DNA of 30,215 bases, taken from the NCBI GenBank assembly GCA_028703995.1, contig JAQVLU010000001.1:1-30215 (forward strand), read 5' to 3'. The notes below the pieces were generated by a model. It saw nothing but the letters and a program-made list of their open reading frames with translations. It had not been told where the DNA came from and made no database searches. Positions 1 to 8,214 of the stretch are shown here, in pieces (the first letter of the stretch is position 1; each line of letters opens with the position of its first letter). The position numbers were made by a program, and so were the translations under genes. Source of the DNA: Minisyncoccota bacterium (GTDB lineage Bacteria; Patescibacteriota; Minisyncoccia; Minisyncoccales; Minisyncoccaceae).

Positions 1-50
1 ATTACAATAACTACGAGTAGTTCAATTAAAGTGAAGGATTTATTTCTCAT
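1..50 (-). CDS. Type IV pilin / prepilin-type N-terminal cleavage-methylation protein; 5' end only, runs off the left edge
   Basis: Not in the ORF track. Reverse complement from the ATG at 50 reads MRNKSFTLIELLVVIV, a class III signal peptide (basic leader, F+1, E+5, hydrophobic helix). The ATG overlaps the alkD-like stop by 11 nt. Confidence 0.85.
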   Translation of the reverse strand, partial: MRNKSFTLIELLVVIV

Positions 51-729
51 TTTTTTTATTTAGAAAATATTTTCTTTTAGATTCTTCTAATCTTTCTATG
101 GCGTATCTTAACGTCATCCTAGACATATTATAATATTCTTTTTCTAAAAAATCAATCAACATTTCTTCATCTCTTTTTCCAACTTCTCTAAGCATCCAAC
201 CAACAGCCTTATGAATTAAATCGTGCTCATCTTTTAAAAGAATTTTTGCTATCTTCATCGTATCTTTAAAATCATTATTTTTAATAAAATAATAAGTAGA
301 AACTATAGCAATTCTTTTCTCCCATAAATTTTCTGATTCTGCTAATTTATATAATAAATTTCTATCTCTTTTAAATAAATGTTTTCCTACAATGTTTGGA
401 CAAGATAAATCAACTAAATCCCAATTATTAATATTTTTTAAATTGTTAATATAAAAATTAAAAACCTCTTCTTTTTCTTCTTTTTTAAAATTTTCAACAA
501 GAATTAAAAGAGCTGTTAGCCTATGTTCGTGAATATTGCTTTCTAAAAGCTCTTTAATTTCTTTAGGGCTAATGTTTAAATTCTTTTTCGCAACAATCCT
601 TATGTCTGGAACTTTAATCCCCAAAAAAACATCTCCTTCTCCATATTCACCTTTTCCTGTTTTAAAAAACCTTAAAAGAATTTTTGCTTTCTCTTTATTT
701 TTTAATTTTTGCAATTCTTTTTTAACCAT
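40..729 (-). CDS. DNA alkylation repair enzyme, AlkD-like HEAT-repeat glycosylase
   Basis: Motifs FFKTGKGEYGEGDVFLGIKVP, NNWDLVD, ENLWEKR, IHKAVGWMLREVGK and MSRMTLRYAIE. Preferred start is the ATG at 729, which overlaps the prmC stop; the track starts at 753. Confidence 0.88.
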   Translation of the reverse strand: MVKKELQKLKNKEKAKILLRFFKTGKGEYGEGDVFLGIKVPDIRIVAKKNLNISPKEIKELLESNIHEHRLTALLILVENFKKEEKEEVFNFYINNLKNINNWDLVDLSCPNIVGKHLFKRDRNLLYKLAESENLWEKRIAIVSTYYFIKNNDFKDTMKIAKILLKDEHDLIHKAVGWMLREVGKRDEEMLIDFLEKEYYNMSRMTLRYAIERLEESKRKYFLNKKNEK

Positions 730-1357
730 ATATTTTAACAAACCTATATTCATTAAAATGATCTTTGCAAAACTCGTATTTTGAATAAGTATTTCTTTTA
801 ATTAATTTTTCTATATCATCTTTCTGAGACTCATCATGCTCAATAACTAAAACTCCTTTTTCATTTAAAAAGTTAGGAGCTTCTTTGATGAGTCTTATAA
901 TACAATCCATTCCCTTATTCCCAGAAAATAAAGCAAGGTGTGGTTCATATTCTAAAACATCCTCACCAACTTCCCCTATTCTTTCCAGCGCTACATATGG
1001 TGGATTGGCAAGAATAAAATCATACCTTTCTTTAATATTTGAAAAAACATCTGTTTCTATTATATTATAACGTTCTTTTTCAAATCCTTCTAAATTTATT
1101 TGTATTTGTTTTAAAAGATTTTTATCAATTTCTCCAAAATCACAAAACGTATTTTCTATATTTTTCAAAACAGAAACTCCAATGCAACCAGAGCCAGAAA
1201 AAAGATCAAGACATTTTGACCCTTTTTTTATTTCTTTTAAAATTAAAGAAACCCAATACTCTGTTTCTTGACGCGGAATAAGTGGTCTAAAAGATAAGTC
1301 AATTTTAGACCCTAAAAAATATTTATAGTTTTTTTGGTACTCTTCTGGAATTCCCAT
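722..1357 (-). CDS. prmC: Release factor glutamine methyltransferase (HemK/PrmC), N-terminally shortened
   Basis: Motifs RPLIPRQETEYW, SAM-binding LDLFSGSGCIG, catalytic NPPY and EPHLALFSG. Confidence 0.88.
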   Translation of the reverse strand: MGIPEEYQKNYKYFLGSKIDLSFRPLIPRQETEYWVSLILKEIKKGSKCLDLFSGSGCIGVSVLKNIENTFCDFGEIDKNLLKQIQINLEGFEKERYNIIETDVFSNIKERYDFILANPPYVALERIGEVGEDVLEYEPHLALFSGNKGMDCIIRLIKEAPNFLNEKGVLVIEHDESQKDDIEKLIKRNTYSKYEFCKDHFNEYRFVKIYG

Positions 1358-1809
1358 TAAATTAAAATTATTGTAACTCCCACTCCTATTCCTATGATTA
1401 ATCCTGACAAAACCTCAAGCCAACTATGTCCTAAAACCTCTCTTAATGGCTCCATTTCTTTTATATTAACAAACTCTATCAAATCGTTTAATGACTGGGC
1501 TTGTTTTTGAGCGGCCCTTCTTAAAACAGATGCGTCATACAAAACAAAAACAGTAAAAGCTAGAGTTACTGCAAACATTATTGAATCAACTCCTGTCAAA
1601 AATCCAACGACTGTACAAAGAGCGGTTACAAAAGAACTATGAGAACTTGGAAATCCTCCAGGAATAAAAAACAACTCAAAGCTAAACCTTTTTTCTTTTA
1701 TCGTAGCAATAACTACTTTTATCGTTTGAGCAACAAACCAAGCTAAAAGTGGCGCCATAATAGCCGGATTATTATAAAAAGCAGATAGTGTTTCGTAATA
1801 ACTAATCAT
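1357..1809 (-). CDS. Divergent PAP2 family membrane protein (DUF212; acid phosphatase/haloperoxidase-related)
   Basis: Motifs AQTIKV, GGFPSSHSS, YDA and LGHSWLEV, with hydrophobic helices. Preferred start is the ATG at 1809; the track starts at 1818. Confidence 0.85.
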   Translation of the reverse strand: MISYYETLSAFYNNPAIMAPLLAWFVAQTIKVVIATIKEKRFSFELFFIPGGFPSSHSSFVTALCTVVGFLTGVDSIMFAVTLAFTVFVLYDASVLRRAAQKQAQSLNDLIEFVNIKEMEPLREVLGHSWLEVLSGLIIGIGVGVTIILI

Positions 1810-2023
1810 AAATTTCAAAAATTTTACTAGGGCTTCTCGCCCCCTTAATTAATTTTATTTTTTTACTTGAAATATTAAAATATTTAGCCAATATTTCAAA
1901 AATTCTTTTATTCGCTTCTCCTCTTTCTGGTTTTTCTTTTAAAAAAACTTCGAAAGCGTCTTCATCTTTTTTATTTATTATTTCCTTTTTTGATGAAGGG
2001 TGACATTTAACTTTAATTAACAT
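1802..2023 (-). CDS. DUF167 / YggU family protein
   Basis: IKVKCHPSSKKE...VFLKEKPERGEANK...LAKYFNISSKKIKLIKGARSPSKIF fits the DUF167 pattern. Preferred start is the ATG at 2023. Confidence 0.8.
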   Translation of the reverse strand: MLIKVKCHPSSKKEIINKKDEDAFEVFLKEKPERGEANKRIFEILAKYFNISSKKIKLIKGARSPSKIFEIYD

Positions 2024-2216
2024 ACTTCTTAGGTACAAAAAGAAGATAAAAAAGAGGAAGTAATCCTAGTGTGTTTAAAATAAGGATTGATATAAACCAC
2101 TTTTTTTGATTGTTTTTTGCTGCTCTAAATAAGGCAAAACCTTTAAGAACAAGTTCGATTAAACTGATTATAAAAAGTATGTTTAATACTTCTTGCGGAA
2201 TATCATTATATGTCAT
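2013..2216 (-). CDS. DUF5652 family small membrane protein
   Basis: LKGFALFRAAKNNQKKWFISILILNTLGLLPLFYLLF matches the KG.ALW.AA.N....WF...L..NT.G pattern. Confidence 0.75.
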   Translation of the reverse strand: MTYNDIPQEVLNILFIISLIELVLKGFALFRAAKNNQKKWFISILILNTLGLLPLFYLLFVPKKYVN

Positions 2217-2746
2217 ATTTTTTTAAAATCTTTTTTTAAAATATTAATCTTTTTATTATTATAAATTGCGAAAGCTGGATGATACATCGGAATAATCCTT
2301 AAATTGTCTATTTTAAAAACTTTTCCATGCACTTCCCCTATTTCAAAATTCTTTTTAAAATATTTGTTTAAGATATACTTACTAGAGAATCTTCCTAAAG
2401 GGCAAATTATTTCCGGTTTAATTATTTCAAGCTCTCTTTCTAAAAAATAAGCGCAACTATTTATTTCTGTTTTTTTTGGATCTCTATTCTTGGGAGGTCT
2501 ACATTTAATAATGTTTGTGACATAAACATCTTCTCTTTTTAAATTAATCGATTCTAAAAGTTCGTTTAAGATTTTTCCCGCTCGTCCGCAAAAAGGAGTT
2601 CCTGACTCGTCTTCATTTTTTCCTGGAGCCTCACCTATAAAAACAATTTTACTTTTTGTATTTCCATTATAAACAGTTGGTAAAATCCTCTTCTTATAAA
2701 GAGAGCATCTTTTACATTCCATTATGTCTTTGACAACTTTTTTCAT
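2213..2746 (-). CDS. Uracil-DNA glycosylase, family 4 (Fe-S type)
   Basis: Motifs CKRCSL, FIGEAPGKNEDESGTPFCGRAG, TNIIKCRPPKNRDP, a fourth Cys in NSCAY, and YHPA. Confidence 0.92.
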   Translation of the reverse strand: MKKVVKDIMECKRCSLYKKRILPTVYNGNTKSKIVFIGEAPGKNEDESGTPFCGRAGKILNELLESINLKREDVYVTNIIKCRPPKNRDPKKTEINSCAYFLERELEIIKPEIICPLGRFSSKYILNKYFKKNFEIGEVHGKVFKIDNLRIIPMYHPAFAIYNNKKINILKKDFKKI

Positions 2747-2838
2747 TGCCCAAGAACAACTCTCATAAGCATAACTAATGCTGTTACTGTAAGAATCATT
2801 AAAAGCATATAAAGTGTTGTTTTTCTTAAAATCATCAT
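2743..2838 (-). CDS. Small single-helix membrane peptide, 31 aa (MMILRKTTLYMLLMILTVTALVMLMRVVLGQ)
   Basis: Below the ORF-track cutoff. It fills the gap exactly, with ATGA 4-nt overlaps at both ends (2835-2838 and 2743-2746), a basic N-terminus and an ~20-aa hydrophobic stretch. Confidence 0.72.
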   Translation of the reverse strand: MMILRKTTLYMLLMILTVTALVMLMRVVLGQ

Positions 2839-4037
2839 ATAGATCCTAAAACGTTAGGGAAAAAGATTATAATAATACCTAATATAATTAATAATACTCC
2901 TGAAATAAATTTAGAAATTTTAATATATTTTTCTGATTCTTGCGCTAAATTAAAAGTAAATACAGCAATTAAAAATATAACAAAATCATCTAACATATAA
3001 AATATATCATAAATTAAAAGATAAAAATAGTATGACGCAGATGGTAAATTGTAAGAAGTTAATATCTTAGTAAAAGCAACCGGAAGTCCAAAAGAACAAA
3101 TTAATTCTATTGTATTGATACCTACGGCAACAAAAATAATTCCTCCAATTATTAAAAAGATAGACCTGTCAGAATTAATTACTTCTTGCATTTTTAAAAG
3201 TAATTTTTTCTGATTTCTGCTAAACCAGTTATCGTGCCTTGGATCGATATCACATAATTTACAAATTATTCCATTAAAATATTCTTTCAAAATATAAATC
3301 CCTAAAATTAATATTAATATTCCCACTCCATAAGTAATAACCTGAAGATGAGGTAATAAAAGAAAAATATTAAGCCAAGCGGCGATGAAAAAATAATAAA
3401 CTAATCCGGAAACAAGGATAAAAATCCCTCCTAAAAGAATTAGCTTTCTTTTGTCTCCAACTCCTATCAGTACCGCTAAAAGAAAAGCTAAAGCTGCCAT
3501 AGCGCAAGCATTGAATCCATCGATAAATCCAAAAAAAGCAGAAAAAACAAAAGGGGAAGCCTCTTTAAGATTAATAGTTCCTAAAAAAGGAACTTCTATT
3601 TTTGATTTCAATTCTTCTATTTCTGTAAAATTAGAAATGTTTTCGTGATCAGAAACATCTTCATTATTTAAAAAAGAATCAATAACTTTATTAATATTTT
3701 CTTCCGAAAAATCTTTTTGAAAACCAACAAAGTAATAATTTTCAATAAAAATAACCGGGACTCCGCCTCGATAGATCTCCTCTACATTATATTTATTATA
3801 ATATTCGTTAAGAAGTTCAACCGATCTCTTTTCACTTATATCAAACTTATTTACTTTAATACTCTCGTCTTTTAATGAAACTTCATTTAAGAAAAGATTA
3901 GCCGAGGCGCAATGTCCACAAGTTTTACTATAAAAGAAATCAATATCTATTTTGTCATCTCCTTCGACAATCTCCGCATTTGCAAAATTAACAAAAAGAA
4001 ATAAGCTTAAAAAAAATGTTAAAAATATTTTTTTCAT
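2835..4037 (-). CDS. Secreted thioredoxin/glutaredoxin domain fused to a CcdA/DsbD-like transmembrane domain
   Basis: Signal peptide (ANA-E), FYSKTCGHC active site, VPVIFI cis-Pro loop, then several TM helices carrying DGFNAC and ELICSFG. Confidence 0.75.
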   Translation of the reverse strand: MKKIFLTFFLSLFLFVNFANAEIVEGDDKIDIDFFYSKTCGHCASANLFLNEVSLKDESIKVNKFDISEKRSVELLNEYYNKYNVEEIYRGGVPVIFIENYYFVGFQKDFSEENINKVIDSFLNNEDVSDHENISNFTEIEELKSKIEVPFLGTINLKEASPFVFSAFFGFIDGFNACAMAALAFLLAVLIGVGDKRKLILLGGIFILVSGLVYYFFIAAWLNIFLLLPHLQVITYGVGILILILGIYILKEYFNGIICKLCDIDPRHDNWFSRNQKKLLLKMQEVINSDRSIFLIIGGIIFVAVGINTIELICSFGLPVAFTKILTSYNLPSASYYFYLLIYDIFYMLDDFVIFLIAVFTFNLAQESEKYIKISKFISGVLLIILGIIIIFFPNVLGSI

Positions 4038-4480
4038 TTGATCTCTAGAAGCTCAACCTCAAATATTAAAGTAGCTTTTGCAGGAATAATTGGATAATAT
4101 CCAGCTTCTCCATATCCAAGCTCATAAGGTATGGTTAATCTTCTTTTCTCATTTACTTTCATTCCAAGCATTCCTTCTTCCCATCCTTGGATAACTGAAT
4201 TTCTACCTAGAGTAAATTCAAAAGGAACGCCTCTGTCAACACTAGAGTCAAACTGTTTTCCATCTTCAAGAGTCCCTACATAATGAACAACAAGAGTGTC
4301 TCCTTTTTCTGATAATTCTCCCTCTCCTTCTTTTAAAATTTCTATTTCAACTTTTTTTTCCATAGTAGTATTATTAATTAATGGTTCTTCTTTTTCTTCT
4401 TGAGAAAAAAATTGAACAACAAAAACCATTAAAGTAATAAAGATTATTATTAATATTGTATTTTTAATTAATTTAACCAT
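4034..4480 (-). CDS. FKBP-type peptidyl-prolyl cis-trans isomerase with N-terminal membrane anchor
   Basis: Motifs VHYVGTLEDGKQFDSS, VIQGWEEG, LGYG and IPAKATLIFEVELL. Confidence 0.93.
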   Translation of the reverse strand: MVKLIKNTILIIIFITLMVFVVQFFSQEEKEEPLINNTTMEKKVEIEILKEGEGELSEKGDTLVVHYVGTLEDGKQFDSSVDRGVPFEFTLGRNSVIQGWEEGMLGMKVNEKRRLTIPYELGYGEAGYYPIIPAKATLIFEVELLEIK

Positions 4481-5328
4481 TATTTTTTGATTGAATAAGT
4501 AATATATGTATTGATAGTAATTTCGTTTTTAGAAATAGCATCAGTGATAGCTAAAGATCCAGCTCCTCCTCTCCCATAAATTGAATCATAATCATTGTCA
4601 GAATAATTTACTGGGTTAGATAATTTCACATTTAAACTTTGAGCGATACTCTCTGCTTTTTCCCTTGCTTTATTAACGGCATCAACACGAGCTGATTCAA
4701 CATAACTCTCCCTGTCTTTAACTTCAAACTTTAAATCGCTAATAGTGGTCGCACTTGCTTCAAGGGCTGTTTTAATTACCACTTCAACTTTTTCTACAGG
4801 CATTTTAATCTGAATAACTTCTTTTATTTTATAAGAAGAAATAATTATCTTGCCTTCTGGGTATTGTTTAAGATCAACACCTATTGTTTGTTTCTGATAT
4901 TGAGGTTCAATAGAGTATTCTATTATTTTAATATTTTCTTTTAAAACACCTTCTACTTGCACTTTATTTATAATATTTTCTGCTTTTCTATCGTTCTCAA
5001 GAGAAGCTTCTTCCATTGAAGCTCCTGAAGTTTCTATGCCGATACTCACTGAGGCTTCATCTGGAGTAACATAAACAGTAGAGCTAGCATTAACACTAAT
5101 TGTTCCTACTTGTTCATTAGTTACAATCTCTCCAGTTCCCTGGGTTTTTGAAACCAAGCTATAAATAATAGAAAAAGACAAGATTACTAAAAAAATACTA
5201 AAGATTATGAGAAATATTTTTAAAACGCTATTCTCTTCATTTTTATGCATTGGCTTAACCGGCATCTGCAAATTACTCTTAGGGGCATTATTTATTGGGT
5301 CTGGACTATTAAAATTTACATCGTTCAT
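4480..5328 (-). CDS. SIMPL domain protein (DUF541), copy 1
   Basis: TM anchor, then ISVNASSTVYVTPDEASVSIG, YSIEPQY and ARVDAVNKAREKAESIAQSL. Confidence 0.82.
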   Translation of the reverse strand: MNDVNFNSPDPINNAPKSNLQMPVKPMHKNEENSVLKIFLIIFSIFLVILSFSIIYSLVSKTQGTGEIVTNEQVGTISVNASSTVYVTPDEASVSIGIETSGASMEEASLENDRKAENIINKVQVEGVLKENIKIIEYSIEPQYQKQTIGVDLKQYPEGKIIISSYKIKEVIQIKMPVEKVEVVIKTALEASATTISDLKFEVKDRESYVESARVDAVNKAREKAESIAQSLNVKLSNPVNYSDNDYDSIYGRGGAGSLAITDAISKNEITINTYITYSIKK

Positions 5329-5338
5329 ATTTTTATTT

Positions 5339-5665
5339 TTAACTTATTATTGATCCTGGAGCGACTTCTTCTTCTCCAGTTAAAATTATTGCTCTACCTT
5401 CTTTTTTCGTAAAAAGAAGCATTCCATGACTTTCAATTCCAAAAATCACTTTTGGCTCTAAGTTTAAAACTATTATCACTTCTTTCCCTACTAAATCTTC
5501 TTCTTTGTAAAACTCAGCTACCCCCGAAATGACAATTCTTTTCTCGGTTCCAACATCAACCTCTATTTTTAAAAGTTTGTTAGAATCTTCTACTTTTTCT
5601 ACTGAGAGTATCTTAGCCATTCTAAGATCTATCTTTTTAAATTCTTCAAATGAAATGTTTTCCAT
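5339..5665 (-). CDS. Stand-alone tRNA-binding OB-fold protein (MetRS C-terminal / Trbp111 / CsaA-like)
   Basis: Motifs ISFEEFKKIDLR, KLLKIEVDVG, NLEPK and GIESHGMLL. Confidence 0.85.
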   Translation of the reverse strand: MENISFEEFKKIDLRMAKILSVEKVEDSNKLLKIEVDVGTEKRIVISGVAEFYKEEDLVGKEVIIVLNLEPKVIFGIESHGMLLFTKKEGRAIILTGEEEVAPGSIIS

Positions 5666-5675
5666 ATTATTTAAT

Positions 5676-6206
5676 TTACCTTAAAGTAAAGCTTTTGTAA
5701 ATTTCTTCAAAAACAGGTTTTGTTTCTTCAAATCTAGATTCAAGAGTATTCAAACTAACTACGAAAATAGTATCATTCAATCCCTTAATAAAAGACATAG
5801 CAATTATATAATTAACCTCTTCTTGGTTTGTCTTTAAAATAAGAACATGTGAACTATCTTCATCTTTTTCTTCTACAATTTCAACGCCCTCAGAAGAGTT
5901 TTCAACTTGAGTTTTTATATAATCAATGTATTGTTCGTAAGTTCTTCCTGTTAAATCATCTTTTATAAAAAATACGTAAGACTTAAAAGGATTTTCTCCA
6001 TTGTCTTCATTCTCGTTTAAAAAAGCAGTTATTCCAAGTTCTTCTGTCTCTGCCCAAGAAGGTGTCTTGAAAGAATAACCTTGTTCAATAAAATAGCCTT
6101 CCTTGCTTTCAAAATTATTTCCATTAATATTTAAACTACTTCCTAAGTAAAAGCAAAGAGCTCCAAAAAGGACAATAAAGAAACTTAATATAATGTTTTT
6201 TTTCAT
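5676..6206 (-). CDS. Membrane-anchored secreted protein, possibly PsbP/DcrB-like fold
   Basis: N-terminal hydrophobic helix; GYSFKTPSW near the N-terminus and FEEIYKSF at the C-terminus resemble PsbP-like proteins. The fold call is tentative. Confidence 0.45.
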   Translation of the reverse strand: MKKNIILSFFIVLFGALCFYLGSSLNINGNNFESKEGYFIEQGYSFKTPSWAETEELGITAFLNENEDNGENPFKSYVFFIKDDLTGRTYEQYIDYIKTQVENSSEGVEIVEEKDEDSSHVLILKTNQEEVNYIIAMSFIKGLNDTIFVVSLNTLESRFEETKPVFEEIYKSFTLR

Positions 6207-6211
6207 ATAAC

Positions 6212-6240
6212 TTGTTTTATTTAATTATCTTAAGTATAAT
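6212..6240 (+). promoter_or_regulatory. Putative sigma70 promoter for the GH3 gene
   Basis: TTGTTT (6212-6217), 17-nt spacer, TATAAT (6235-6240), 30 nt upstream of the ATG at 6271. Confidence 0.5.
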
Positions 6241-6270
6241 ATAACAATAAATCATATAATATTCAATATT

Positions 6271-7386
6271 ATGAAAAAACAAATACTACTTCTTTTATTA
6301 ATAATTCTAATCGCCTCTATTTTTATACTAAATAAAGAAAAAAAGGCTCCTTCTTTAGATGAAAAAATAGGAGAAATGCTTGTTTTAGGTTTTAGAGGTT
6401 TAGAAGTAGATTCTTCTTCAAAAATCATTAACGACATTAATAAATACAATCTCGGAGGAATAATTCTTTTTGATTACGATGTTCCTTCTTCAAGTCCGAT
6501 AAGGAATATAGAAAGTAAAGACCAAGTAAAAAAACTCATTTCTGATATAAAAAAACTTACGAATGAAAACCTATTAATCGCCGTTGATGCTGAAGGCGGT
6601 TACGTCAACAGATTAAAAACAAAATATGGCTTCACAAATATAAAAAGTGCCTTAGAAATGGGGCAAGGAGAAGTATCAGAAACTTTCAACCAAGGTTTAA
6701 TCTTAGGAGAGGAGCTTAAAGAGCTAGGCTTTAACGTTAACTTTGCCCCTGTTGTTGATGTTAATATAAACGAAGATAACCCTGTTATCGGATATTTGGA
6801 AAGATCTTTCTCAAAAGACCCTGAAGAAGTTTATACTCACGCAAGTTCTTTTATTGATGCCATGCATGAAAATAATATTATGACTGCAATTAAGCACTTT
6901 CCTGGGCACGGTAGTTCTGAAAGCGACAGTCATTTAGGACTAACTGATGTAACAAATACTTACAATAAAGAGATTGAGCTTTTGCCTTATAAAAAACTAA
7001 TAGAAGAAAACAAGCTAGACATGATTATGACTGCTCACATTATAAATAAAAATATTGACTCGGAAAATCCAGCCACCTTGTCTTTAATCTTCCTTAAAGA
7101 TATTTTAAGGGGTGAATTAAAATATAATGGCGTTATTGTTTCAGACGATATGCAAATGGGAGCCATCGCTGATAATTTCGGTTTTGAAGAAAGTCTTATT
7201 AAGGCTATTAATGCAGGATGTGATTTATTGATATTTTCAAACAATAATAAAGAGTATGACGAAAATATCGCCGAAAAAGCAGTTAAAATAATAAAGGAAG
7301 CTGTTTTAACTGGAGAAATAGAAGAAGCTCAAATAAATGAATCTTATAATAGAATTAAAAAATTAAAAGAAAACTATAATTTATAA
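6271..7386 (+). CDS. nagZ: Glycoside hydrolase family 3, beta-N-acetylhexosaminidase (NagZ-like), signal-anchored
   Basis: Motifs AVDAEGGYVNRL, NFAPVVD, KHFPGHG, DSH (His/Asp dyad loop), MTAH and SDDMQMGA. Confidence 0.88.
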   Translation: MKKQILLLLLIILIASIFILNKEKKAPSLDEKIGEMLVLGFRGLEVDSSSKIINDINKYNLGGIILFDYDVPSSSPIRNIESKDQVKKLISDIKKLTNENLLIAVDAEGGYVNRLKTKYGFTNIKSALEMGQGEVSETFNQGLILGEELKELGFNVNFAPVVDVNINEDNPVIGYLERSFSKDPEEVYTHASSFIDAMHENNIMTAIKHFPGHGSSESDSHLGLTDVTNTYNKEIELLPYKKLIEENKLDMIMTAHIINKNIDSENPATLSLIFLKDILRGELKYNGVIVSDDMQMGAIADNFGFEESLIKAINAGCDLLIFSNNNKEYDENIAEKAVKIIKEAVLTGEIEEAQINESYNRIKKLKENYNL

Positions 7387-8195
7387 ATTCCTGGGACATC
7401 TTTTCCTCCTCTTATGGCGCTTTTGATTTCAGCCATATTCACCTCTGCCGCCCTTTCTCCTTCTTTAATTGTTTCCTCAACTTTTCCTTGAAATATTTTA
7501 TAGAATCCTAAAATCCCATAATCTTCAAAATAAGGATCAATTAGAATATCAGCGTCTTTAAGTTCCCAATTTGATAAATTATGTTGAAGAATAGAAACAG
7601 ATCTCTCAGCCATGGCATAAATATTTTTTTTGCCTTGCCCAATTTTATCTTCAATCCTAACTCCAATAATAATATCTGCTCCCATATCTCTCAAAACAGC
7701 AACCGGAACTGGAGAAGATAACCCTCCGTCAGCTAGTTCTCTTTTTTTATATTTAACAAGTTCAAACATAAAAGGAATTGTCATGCTTGCCCTTAAAGCA
7801 AGAGCTACGTTTCCTTTTCTAATTCTTACTTGTTCTCCTGTTTTATAATCAGTTGCAACGATACATAAAGGAATATCTAAATCTTGAATTTCTTTATCTT
7901 TAAAAATATTATCTAAAAAATTAGCAACTTTTTTGCCTTTAAAAATTCCTCCTTTAAAAGAAATGTCGACGAGTGATTTTATTTTATTAAAATCAGTAAT
8001 AATTTTTTCAACTTCGTCTATGTTTTGATACAAGGAATACAAAGCACCAACAATAGCTCCGGCAGAAGAACCAGAGATGTAATCAATAGGAATCTTGTTT
8101 TTTTCAAGAACTTTAATAACTCCTAGATGAGCATAACCTTTCGCTCCTCCGGAACCTAAAGCCAAACCTATTTTTTTTCTATTTTTATTTTCCAT
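7374..8195 (-). CDS. Patatin-like phospholipase (RssA/NTE type)
   Basis: Oxyanion loop LALGSGGAKG, nucleophile motif GSSAG and the DGG motif. Confidence 0.9.
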   Translation of the reverse strand: MENKNRKKIGLALGSGGAKGYAHLGVIKVLEKNKIPIDYISGSSAGAIVGALYSLYQNIDEVEKIITDFNKIKSLVDISFKGGIFKGKKVANFLDNIFKDKEIQDLDIPLCIVATDYKTGEQVRIRKGNVALALRASMTIPFMFELVKYKKRELADGGLSSPVPVAVLRDMGADIIIGVRIEDKIGQGKKNIYAMAERSVSILQHNLSNWELKDADILIDPYFEDYGILGFYKIFQGKVEETIKEGERAAEVNMAEIKSAIRGGKDVPGIYKL

Positions 8196-8214
8196 TAACT
8201 AAATAATACTAAAA

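Noticed and set aside
6252-6449. 65-aa minus-strand ORF over the nagZ 5' end
   Set aside because: It is antisense to nagZ, has no motif, and ends within the divergent promoter region.
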